Below, piece after piece: positions 9,460-17,132 of a DNA stretch of 64,000 nt (the first letter of the stretch is position 1; the number at the start of each line of letters is the position of its first letter). The stretch is taken from positions 1-64,000 of the IMG/VR virus record IMGVR_UViG_3300034170_000100, one strand, 5' to 3'. The stretch comes from a virus. A model generated the notes under the pieces. The model was not told the origin of the DNA and searched no databases. It worked only from the letters and a program-made list of their open reading frames with translations. The translations under genes were made by a program, and so were the position numbers.

Positions 9460-9881
9460 ACCTGGACGTTGGCCGGCAACCGATCAAGCATCTGGTTTAC
9501 CAGGGTCTCGATCTGCTGGGTGCCAGGCCACTCCAGGGCATATTGCTTTCCTGGGTTGTCCTCTGCCTCGTCTGCCAGCAGGCGCAGGCCAGTAGACAGA
9601 ATGGAGATGCTCACCCCTTGCCGAGGCGCCTGGCTATGCTGTAGCATGCCAACCTTCCCCGAGACACGAAGGTAGAACTCACCTTCACTGCCACACTCCC
9701 CCGCGATCCACGCTCCCATCTTCACCTTTAGGGTAGGGTATTTAAGACCCAACGCCCCGGCCAGACCATTTAACATTATTAGCTCATTGTTCTCACTTCT
9801 GAGCTTACTGCCAACAGATATGATGAAATGATCGACTTTGTCGAAGATACTCATCATGTCACCACGAATTACCTGTTTCAT
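9444..9881 (-). CDS. degenerate macrodomain-like protein
   Basis: MKQVIRGDMM start, IMLNGLAGALGLKYP and YALEWPG resemble macrodomain (ADP-ribose-binding) landmarks. Confidence 0.55.
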   Translation of the reverse strand: MKQVIRGDMMSIFDKVDHFIISVGSKLRSENNELIMLNGLAGALGLKYPTLKVKMGAWIAGECGSEGEFYLRVSGKVGMLQHSQAPRQGVSISILSTGLRLLADEAEDNPGKQYALEWPGTQQIETLVNQMLDRLPANVQVWRPE

Positions 9882-10009
9882 CGTAAAATCTCCGCAGTTC
9901 GTACCATTTCAGGTACATCCTCAGTTCTTGTGGTATCCCAACGAGAGAATCGCAGCTCTGCATGTTCATTGTGCAGCCTGTTTAGCAGCCACAGCAAACA
10001 GATGGTCAT
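9878..10009 (-). CDS. 43-aa early protein, shared C-terminal motif family (not in ORF track)
   Basis: Hand translation MTICLLWLLNRLHNEHAELRFSRWDTTRTEDVPEMVRTAEILR*; ATGA overlap with the next gene. Confidence 0.65.
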   Translation of the reverse strand: MTICLLWLLNRLHNEHAELRFSRWDTTRTEDVPEMVRTAEILR

Positions 10010-10685
10010 TCTCTTCGATTATGGCATGCTTAATCGACTTACGGACGCCTTTAAGGGCTACCTTATCGTTGAGCACATTACGTACAGCAGTCTTATAGGT
10101 GATACGCATTTTTTCAGATGCGCGCACACATTCGTCGTAATGACGAATAGTTGTTGCTTGGTTGTCGATGTACTTCTGCATCTGCTTACGCATCTGTTCA
10201 CGGCCAGCCTTAGCGCCCTTACGGACACCACGAGTGATCAGATTCTTCGCAGGCTTGCTGATTGCCGGGTCCAGCGCCATCTTGGTTTCCCATTTGATAA
10301 TCTCAGCCATCATGGCCACAGGATCATCACCGTGTTCAGTAAACTTCCACAGATGGTTTACTACAAGGTACTCAACGACAGCTTTACGGTAGTTATCAGC
10401 ATATTTCCACTGGTTTTGGTATTTACCTACCTCACGATCTAACATTTCAATAGATTCGTTTGATTTCAGCAGTTGAATCTCCAACGCATGCACAGTCTTA
10501 CGTTCCTGTGCCAGTGCGTTCTCGTAGCTATTGCGGAGAGCATTACGCTCATTGAAGTAACCTTCACGAGAGTCAGCCACCCAACCACGGTGTTGTTTTT
10601 CATGTCGGGCATAGCCGAGCATGTAGGTGATAGGCAAGATGAACACAGCTGCGCCGAGGATCATCAGAATGATATTGAGTTCCAT
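9966..10685 (-). CDS. membrane-anchored coiled-coil protein
   Basis: AAGGAG RBS; N-terminal TM helix (MELNIILMILGAAVFILPITYMLG) then heptads. Confidence 0.75.
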   Translation of the reverse strand: MELNIILMILGAAVFILPITYMLGYARHEKQHRGWVADSREGYFNERNALRNSYENALAQERKTVHALEIQLLKSNESIEMLDREVGKYQNQWKYADNYRKAVVEYLVVNHLWKFTEHGDDPVAMMAEIIKWETKMALDPAISKPAKNLITRGVRKGAKAGREQMRKQMQKYIDNQATTIRHYDECVRASEKMRITYKTAVRNVLNDKVALKGVRKSIKHAIIEENDHLFAVAAKQAAQ

Positions 10686-10776
10686 GTTGTTACTCCTTAT
10701 GGGATAAATTGCAATGCAATGAGGGTGAATACAAGGACTGACGCAAGAATGCGCCACATGATACTGCCTAGGTCTT

Positions 10777-11106
10777 TTACCACTGGTTTCGCCCCACTGG
10801 CCCACAATTGGGCTGCGGTTTGCGTTTATAGTGACGATCACCCTTACGTGGCAATGCATAAGGCATATTGATGATGTCAGCATAGCTATAGGGCCTTAAC
10901 TCCACCATATCAGGCAATGTCCACACATATTCGATGATTATGGGCCCAGTTACTGCCAGTTGTGCCATGATGCCTGCCGTGAAGTCTTTACCGTTGGCAC
11001 GGTCAACAGCAATCACACGGCACTCGTGCAGGCCAGGGGCCAGCTTAGGTGCTGCATCTGATTTGCCAATGCCCGCTTGAGCACCTAACACGTTCACATC
11101 TTTCAT
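10777..11106 (-). CDS. hypothetical protein
   Basis: AGGAG RBS before MKDVN. Confidence 0.65.
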   Translation of the reverse strand: MKDVNVLGAQAGIGKSDAAPKLAPGLHECRVIAVDRANGKDFTAGIMAQLAVTGPIIIEYVWTLPDMVELRPYSYADIINMPYALPRKGDRHYKRKPQPNCGPVGRNQW

Positions 11107-11160
11107 GGATTTGCTCCTAAAAATTATGGCCACCACCCCAATGGGATGATGGCCAGAGGA

Positions 11161-11505
11161 TTACACCAGATCCAGCATCGACTCTTCGTCGGTACGGGTC
11201 GCGTTGAAGCTGAAGGTCAGCTTGGAAGCAACGACACCGAGACGACGTGCTTTTTCAGCAGCCATACCTTCGACCGAAGCGGTCTTGGCAAAGTCAGCAT
11301 CGCACGCCTGGGACACCGAGAGGTACGCAGCCAGTTGCTCATGCTGCTTGTTGCCTTCGATGAAACGGATACCTTCCAGACGCACAGGTGCGCCAGCTTT
11401 GGTCTCGATGTTCACGTTGAAGAACCCGAGGGTTTTCTTCGCGGTACGATCAGCAGCAGTGGAGGTAGCAGGGGCAGTACGGGATGCATTACGTTCAACA
11501 GCCAT
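11161..11505 (-). CDS. probable N4 gp2-like ssDNA-binding transcription activator
   Basis: Ala/Thr-rich N-terminus then DRxxKxxLGFFNVNI, similar to the gp2 N-terminal pattern; early position, strong codon bias, upstream hairpin promoter. Confidence 0.5.
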   Translation of the reverse strand: MAVERNASRTAPATSTAADRTAKKTLGFFNVNIETKAGAPVRLEGIRFIEGNKQHEQLAAYLSVSQACDADFAKTASVEGMAAEKARRLGVVASKLTFSFNATRTDEESMLDLV

Positions 11506-11550
11506 GGGAAATACTCCAGAATAACGGAAAAGATGAGGTTTATTGGCACA

Positions 11551-11574
11551 ATTGCCTTTAAAGGGCCGAAGGCC
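11551..11574 (-). promoter_or_regulatory. candidate vRNAP hairpin promoter
   Basis: template (+) strand GGCC-GAA-GGCC, C:G-closed GAA triloop, preceded by AATTGCCT as at 13954. Confidence 0.5.
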
Positions 11575-11836
11575 GCTCTTGATTCACCAGCGCAGTCAGC
11601 GCCTTCAATTCGAACTCAGGTAGCTTGAACAGGCCATTTTCAGGCCCGTCCATGAACAAAGTGTTACCGATGTACAGATGCCACTGATTGTTGCCCAGTT
11701 TGAATTTACCGATGATTTCACCTGCTTTATGCAGATAGCCATCGCTATCGACACGATAAATAGGCTCACGCTCACCTAAAATGGTGTAACTGAACGAATC
11801 ATCGGTTAGATCGAGTTCTTGACGTAAACGGTGCAT
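11558..11836 (-). CDS. hypothetical protein (92 aa)
   Basis: AAGGAG RBS. Confidence 0.7.
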   Translation of the reverse strand: MHRLRQELDLTDDSFSYTILGEREPIYRVDSDGYLHKAGEIIGKFKLGNNQWHLYIGNTLFMDGPENGLFKLPEFELKALTALVNQERPSAL

Positions 11837-11845
11837 GATTGCTCC

Positions 11846-12106
11846 TTAATTGGGTACGGCCAGCTTCATACTGACAGTCATGCCCGACATAACTGCTGCA
11901 TGATGCAGAATTTCGAAGGACATTTCGTCTTCTTTGAAGTTTGCGATCTTACAGATCGTAGGAATGCTTACATCGAAGATTTCAGACGCTGTCTTATAAA
12001 GCAGTGTATTTGCATTGATATGCGAGCGGATTTCACTCGCAATGATGTGTTTCATATCCTTCAGACACAGAGATGCGAAGGTTTCGAACTTGTTTGCAGT
12101 GGGCAT
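11846..12106 (-). CDS. HTH (XRE/Cro-like) protein
   Basis: YKTASEIFDVSIPTICKIAN HTH pattern; GAGG RBS. Confidence 0.6.
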   Translation of the reverse strand: MPTANKFETFASLCLKDMKHIIASEIRSHINANTLLYKTASEIFDVSIPTICKIANFKEDEMSFEILHHAAVMSGMTVSMKLAVPN

Positions 12107-12207
12107 AGACACCTCAGTTAGCTTACCGCCAAGGCCCAAAAGGGCCACATAGGCGTATGGTTTTCATCGCCGAATATGGCACTTTCTGTATTCTTGAAAT
12201 ATAGGTA

Positions 12208-12498
12208 TTAGAAGACGAACAATTCGACTTCGATACCTTGGGCACGCAGCTTGTTGTACTCACGTACAGCTACAGCCTCGGCTTCGCCAGGTGTACCGCA
12301 ACCGGACTCCTTGCGCACAGCGATCAGCGACAAGTCGGCAATCAGCACAGACTGAACAGCATCGTTTTGCAGCACAGCAGCAGCGCGAGTGCAGTCGGTC
12401 AGTGTCTTGGCGACACTATCCATTTCAGTGTGGGACACCGAACAGTTCATTGCACCAACAGCATTCATGACACAGGAGACAAAGTAAGCAGCGAGCAT
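12208..12498 (-). CDS. hypothetical, possibly exported Cys-containing protein
   Basis: hydrophobic N-terminus with paired Cys. Confidence 0.6.
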   Translation of the reverse strand: MLAAYFVSCVMNAVGAMNCSVSHTEMDSVAKTLTDCTRAAAVLQNDAVQSVLIADLSLIAVRKESGCGTPGEAEAVAVREYNKLRAQGIEVELFVF

Positions 12499-12500
12499 GA

Positions 12501-12806
12501 TTATTTATCCTGGTTTATGATTGTGAATGTAATGCCAGCCTTCTTGTAGGCCAGTGTAATTCGATTGAGCACAGCATCACGATGTGCCACTGATTCGAAG
12601 CAATTGTGCGAACCGGGGAACAGTTCGTCAGTATCCAAGCGCTTCATCAAATCGGCCGCAGCTTTAAAGCGAATGCGGTCCAACTTGCCATAGCAGATGG
12701 GCTGACTGATCTGGTGATACTTATCTTGCGTGACGATGTCACACACTGCGTTGGTGCCTTCTTTATTCAGGGCACAGACAACAACCATAGTTGCAAACAG
12801 TGGCAT
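12501..12806 (-). CDS. hypothetical, possibly exported Cys-containing protein
   Basis: AGGAG RBS; layout similar to the neighbour at 12208-12498. Confidence 0.6.
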   Translation of the reverse strand: MPLFATMVVVCALNKEGTNAVCDIVTQDKYHQISQPICYGKLDRIRFKAAADLMKRLDTDELFPGSHNCFESVAHRDAVLNRITLAYKKAGITFTIINQDK

Positions 12807-12946
12807 GATTAAGCTCCTATGGCTTGGGCATCAAGATACCCGTCTTGCCAGTCTTGATCTTGAGTGTGGTCGAACTCTTCGTCGTCCATGAATGCTTCAT
12901 AGCCGGCGTTGTAGTTGTTCATGTTGGAAGGCATAGGAATATTCCT

Positions 12947-13171
12947 TTAAGGTTTATTAAGCAGAGCAGCCTCTATGTGATCAGTAAGTTGATCACGCAG
13001 GCGTTGGCAATCTTCAATATCCAGCAGCACCGACACTTTAGGTGCATTGGCATACTCGGAACTACACACGATAGCAAATGTGTCTTCCAGCCCAGCACCC
13101 TGCACACTGGTGTAAGCAACCAGTACATCAGCAGCAGCCGATGCACATTTATACGATTGACCTTTATCCAC
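12947..13171 (-). CDS. hypothetical protein
   Basis: ORF in early run. Confidence 0.55.
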   Translation of the reverse strand: MDKGQSYKCASAAADVLVAYTSVQGAGLEDTFAIVCSSEYANAPKVSVLLDIEDCQRLRDQLTDHIEAALLNKP

Positions 13172-13174
13172 GGG

Positions 13175-13522
13175 TTATTCCCCTTTGGCTTTGAGTTTCA
13201 TGCAGAGCATGGCCCAGAATTGAACACGAATATCGTTCTTGCGGCGTTTGTACGTGGAGCACGCTTGGCGGAACCCTTTCACGTCATTCGCCCACAAGTG
13301 GGAGTACAGCGTGCAGCTGCCGTTGATAGCCTCGTCAATTGTTTGACGGGCAGCGTGACATTCCAGATGGGCGATAACACCCTCTATGCGCATACATTCA
13401 AGCATGCGGCACAAGAACATCTCACCGTCATTGCCACGCAAGTAGCGTGGATCATTTACCGCGAGGGCAATTACATCACTAGTTTTGCGTTGTTGCTTAG
13501 TCATGACACTTCTCCGCGGCAT
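13175..13522 (-). CDS. hypothetical protein
   Basis: ORF in early run. Confidence 0.6.
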   Translation of the reverse strand: MPRRSVMTKQQRKTSDVIALAVNDPRYLRGNDGEMFLCRMLECMRIEGVIAHLECHAARQTIDEAINGSCTLYSHLWANDVKGFRQACSTYKRRKNDIRVQFWAMLCMKLKAKGE

Positions 13523-13733
13523 TCTGTTTAATCATTTCAATAGCATGGGGTTCAGGAACCTCAAAGCCGTTCTCAAAACAGAATCGGTTGATCTGTTCTG
13601 GTGTCATGTTCTTGATCATTTCATTGTGTAAACGACGATCTAGTTCAACAGCCAGTTGATACGCATCCATGGATATAGCTCCTATATTAGAGGCGAGAGC
13701 ACAGCACACAGTCACAATTGACAATGTGTGCAA
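13497..13733 (-). CDS. hypothetical protein
   Basis: ORF; likely true start at MDAYQL after AGGAG. Confidence 0.5.
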   Translation of the reverse strand: MHTLSIVTVCCALASNIGAISMDAYQLAVELDRRLHNEMIKNMTPEQINRFCFENGFEVPEPHAIEMIKQNAAEKCHD

Positions 13734-13929
13734 ACATACGAGGCTTCGTGACAGTTACTTCACACTCACGATGATCATCATGAATGGCAGCAACAATGTC
13801 AGGTACAGCAATACGACGCATACGCTTAGTACTCAATTGCTTGAGCACACGACGCTCAGTTGCAGTGTTGTACTTACAAATAGGATGTGTAGCATCAGCA
13901 CGAGACAAGCTAGATACATTGCATTGCAT
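13687..13929 (-). CDS. hypothetical protein
   Basis: AGGAG RBS, just downstream of a hairpin promoter. Confidence 0.6.
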   Translation of the reverse strand: MQCNVSSLSRADATHPICKYNTATERRVLKQLSTKRMRRIAVPDIVAAIHDDHRECEVTVTKPRMFAHIVNCDCVLCSRL

Positions 13930-13953
13930 GGATATAACTCCTGTAGTTGTGGC

Positions 13954-13980
13954 AATTGCCTACTTCATCCCCGAAGGGGA
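13954..13980 (-). promoter_or_regulatory. candidate vRNAP hairpin promoter
   Basis: template (+) strand TCCCC-GAA-GGGGA (13968-13980), intergenic. Confidence 0.65.
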
Positions 13981-13981
13981 A

Positions 13982-14233
13982 CTATGTAAGCATTATTGCA
14001 AGTTTGATCAGATCGGGTACATCAGCATAATCTATGCGAGTGTCCCCTTCGTGTTCAAATACAGGAAGCAGTACATACCAACCTTCAACGAGATATTGGA
14101 TAGCCCCTGGCCAATAGTAGGCTATACCACGATATTCAATAAGCAAATACGCTATTTGATGCGCAGTTGGCACACCATTGGGGAATGGGAGTACAGAACC
14201 GTCAGCCAATAGCATGTATTCATACATATTCAT
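13982..14233 (-). CDS. small early protein, shared C-terminal motif family
   Basis: ends DVPDLIKLAIMLT; paralogue of 14237-14464. Confidence 0.75.
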   Translation of the reverse strand: MNMYEYMLLADGSVLPFPNGVPTAHQIAYLLIEYRGIAYYWPGAIQYLVEGWYVLLPVFEHEGDTRIDYADVPDLIKLAIMLT

Positions 14234-14236
14234 ACC

Positions 14237-14464
14237 TTACTCCAGCATGGCTGCAAGTTTGATTACAACAGGCAGTTCATCATAGGTTATTTGCTTGTTA
14301 CTCACTTTTGGCGATGTATTAGTAATGCAATTCCAGTTAAAGGTATGGTTGTGCCAGTAATAAGCAATACCATCATAATCAGCCATAGCACCCATAACAT
14401 CTTCATGCATGGCCAGATTGTCGAAGGGTTTTACAGACCCGTCACGAAGCAGCATGTATTCCAT
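14237..14464 (-). CDS. small early protein, shared C-terminal motif family
   Basis: MEYMLLRDGSV..GIAYYW..ELPVVIKLAAMLE; GAGG RBS. Confidence 0.75.
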   Translation of the reverse strand: MEYMLLRDGSVKPFDNLAMHEDVMGAMADYDGIAYYWHNHTFNWNCITNTSPKVSNKQITYDELPVVIKLAAMLE

Positions 14465-14950
14465 AATTAGACCTCGATTGATACCGCGACAGACCCGAAG
14501 GGATACGGATACACCACAGGTGTGTATAGGAATGATGAATGGTGTTGATAGGATACAGGAAAGGGGAAACCTGCATGTTGATGCCAAGCACATCACAACT
14601 TGATCACTGTTTCACTCCAATTCCCTCTACCCCACTCACATATATACATCGATGAGTGGTAATACTGCCTAATGCCACGCTTCGCGGGCTAGCTGAAGGG
14701 AAAGGGGAAGAAAGGGTGTCTTCCTAACCTACTGTCTCAAAGGCTGGCGCTCTTGACGTGGATGTGTGCTCTTGTTGTGTGATGTTGTGTGTGCTTTTAA
14801 AAAAGAACTGATACCCAGCCCTATTTAGGGTTTGAGTACCAGAGTGCTACGACCAGCAGTACAGTGATGGCAAAGCATGTGATAGCGAGTGATGTTTCGA
14901 ATGTCATGGTGTGTCACCTGAATGGAGGCCCGAAGGCCCCCGATGGAGAG

Positions 14951-15247
14951 TTAAGCAGCTTGAGTGTTCTTGGCTTCAGCGTGGAGCAGACGGAGTTTGG
15001 ACTCAGCGTCAGATGCAGCGAGCTGGGATTCGACAGCACGGATGCGGGAAGCAATGTCATACTTGCCACGGAGAGCGTCGAGTTTCTCGTTACGCTCAAG
15101 AGCAGAGATTTCATTGAAGCCTTCGGCAGCACCTTCGACGTAGGACGCCGTATGTACAGCAGCATTGGACAGCTTGGTGCCAGCAGTGAACAGGTTGGTC
15201 AGCATCAGGGCGAACTGGGCAACCATTGCGAAGATTTGCTTGAACAT
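14951..15247 (-). CDS. first early gene (N4 gp1-like position)
   Basis: AGGAG RBS; amphipathic MFKQIFAM.. N-terminus; first gene after the hairpin promoters. Confidence 0.7.
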   Translation of the reverse strand: MFKQIFAMVAQFALMLTNLFTAGTKLSNAAVHTASYVEGAAEGFNEISALERNEKLDALRGKYDIASRIRAVESQLAASDAESKLRLLHAEAKNTQAA

Positions 15248-15300
15248 GGGTGTATCTCCTAGCTAGGGATAAGAAAGTAGTGAACACCGTTATGGTATCC

Positions 15301-15318
15301 ACCACATAGCCGAAGGCT
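15301..15318 (-). promoter_or_regulatory. candidate vRNAP hairpin promoter
   Basis: template (+) strand AGCC-GAA-GGCT (15308-15318). Confidence 0.55.
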
Positions 15319-15440
15319 TAGTTGTTACGACACAGTTGGTAAGTCATGCGTGATACGTCTGCTACGTACAGGGATACGATGGCAATGCATACAAGTTCGA
15401 CGAACATAGTGTGTACTCATGAGTAGGAGCAGGATTACTC

Positions 15441-15460
15441 CGTTACAGGGCCGAAGGCCC
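15441..15460 (-). promoter_or_regulatory. candidate vRNAP hairpin promoter
   Basis: template (+) strand GGGCC-GAA-GGCCC (15448-15460). Confidence 0.65.
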
Positions 15461-15638
15461 GTACAGACACAGTAGCGTAGCCATTGAGGAAAATGGAAAG
15501 CAAGTGAACCCCGGGGGGGTGGTCGGCTTTGGCTGTGGCCACTACATATGTCCTGCATTGACCAGTCTATGAAAATTTCCCACCCACTGCGACGAACGGT
15601 ATATCATCCCCTATATTCTATCGACGGACGGCTTTCTC

Positions 15639-15935
15639 ATGGCGGATAAGTACAAGCAGGCAGACAAGCCCTATTCCTACATCGCGGCAAGACTCGGCGG
15701 TACGTTCGACCCTTTACCTTATTGGTTTCGCCTTTTGGCAAATACCGGTATGCTAAGGTTCGATTCAGAGTTCAATGTGGAGGTTCAGCTCATTACCGGT
15801 GCCTGGGATCAGGTGAAGGAAGGTGACTGGGTCGTCGTGCAGCGGGCGGAAGTGAATGGGCCAATCGGCTACGAGCGGGCCAACATCTGGCATGTTGAGC
15901 ACGAAGACTTCATAAAAGGGTGGGAGCGAGTATGA
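15639..15935 (+). CDS. hypothetical protein
   Basis: first ORF of the rightward block; EGDWVV..F..WE pattern common in small phage proteins. Confidence 0.65.
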   Translation: MADKYKQADKPYSYIAARLGGTFDPLPYWFRLLANTGMLRFDSEFNVEVQLITGAWDQVKEGDWVVVQRAEVNGPIGYERANIWHVEHEDFIKGWERV

Positions 15936-16198
15936 ATACTGGAAATGTGGTAGATGCAACACGTTATGATCCTTACGGGGAAATGGGCCATGTAAAGGCT
16001 CTGCCTATCGCAGAAGCTGTTGAAGCCTATGTAAAAGCTGTTGAGTACTCAGGCAATGTGGGCCGGGTCACTGGTTATCCAGGTGGCACATTGGCCTGGG
16101 ACTTAGAAGTCCATCACCGTACAAAGCTGGTTGAGGATGCTGCGTACTGCGTACTTCTCTCCGGTTTTGCTGCTCGTACAGAGGGGAAGGTAGAATGA
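15932..16198 (+). CDS. hypothetical protein with capsid-like DPYGEMG motif
   Basis: ATGA coupling on both sides. Confidence 0.65.
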   Translation: MNTGNVVDATRYDPYGEMGHVKALPIAEAVEAYVKAVEYSGNVGRVTGYPGGTLAWDLEVHHRTKLVEDAAYCVLLSGFAARTEGKVE

Positions 16199-16443
16199 AC
16201 ACACAAGATCCGTACAACGAGTTTGCTGACATATTGCCGCTGACTGTGGCAGATGCTGCCAAAGTACTGCGCATTATGACTGCGGAGTTCGCATTGGCAC
16301 AGGAGAAAGTGGCAGAGGCTCAGCGTATGCTGGCTTTTGTCACCACACAACAGGCCCGTGCGGAGTATGCAGTAAAGCGTGCTGAGCATTGCCTGAAGAT
16401 CTCTGCCCTGGCAGATCTGAAAGATAGTGGCGGTGCCGCATGA
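16195..16443 (+). CDS. hypothetical coiled-coil protein
   Basis: ATGA coupling. Confidence 0.7.
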   Translation: MNTQDPYNEFADILPLTVADAAKVLRIMTAEFALAQEKVAEAQRMLAFVTTQQARAEYAVKRAEHCLKISALADLKDSGGAA

Positions 16444-17132
16444 GTACCGAGGTAATGAGCCCGGATGACTTCAAACTGGCGTTACCTGTGCAGTTCCGCG
16501 GCAATGTGACGCAAGAGGTCATGGATGGGGTCAATGCGCTGTTGGCTGACCCTAACTTGGCGGAAGCGTACCGTGAGCGCATGATCGGGCACACGTCTGT
16601 CTTGCGGGAAGGGAAGTTCAAGCTGGAGAGCTATCTGGCTGCTGTGAAGTTCGTTACGCAGAAGATGATGAACAAGAGCGACATTGATGCGTATATCGGT
16701 ACGTTCCCAGCGAAGTACCAGGACTTTGTCGCCCGGGGCGTAAGCCAGAAGGATATCAGCAGCTACGTGAGTGCGTTCAAGAAGTCGAAGCTCGTGACGA
16801 AGATCATGGAGCAGGCTTTGATCCCGGCGTGGGTCGGCAATGCTGACATGTATCAGCAGGCGCTCAATGCACAGTTTGACCTGGGCATGAATGCTGCCAG
16901 CGAGAAGGTGCGCGTGGAGGCACTCAACAGCGTGCTGGTGCAACTCAAGCAGCCGGAGAAGACCAAGATCACCCTGGACGTTTCCGAGGAAGTGGGCGAC
17001 ACCATGGCGGCTGTGCGCAAGCAGATGCAGGATCTGGCTGACCAGCAGCGGTTGCATATCCAAGGAGGCTTTGCCAATGCCAAGGATGTGGCGGCGCAGC
17101 GCTTGCCGTTTGAGATTGAGGCCCCCCAATGA
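16440..17132 (+). CDS. N4 gp69-like conserved protein
   Basis: size, position directly before terminase, GKFKLESYLAAVKFV motif. Confidence 0.75.
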   Translation: MSTEVMSPDDFKLALPVQFRGNVTQEVMDGVNALLADPNLAEAYRERMIGHTSVLREGKFKLESYLAAVKFVTQKMMNKSDIDAYIGTFPAKYQDFVARGVSQKDISSYVSAFKKSKLVTKIMEQALIPAWVGNADMYQQALNAQFDLGMNAASEKVRVEALNSVLVQLKQPEKTKITLDVSEEVGDTMAAVRKQMQDLADQQRLHIQGGFANAKDVAAQRLPFEIEAPQ

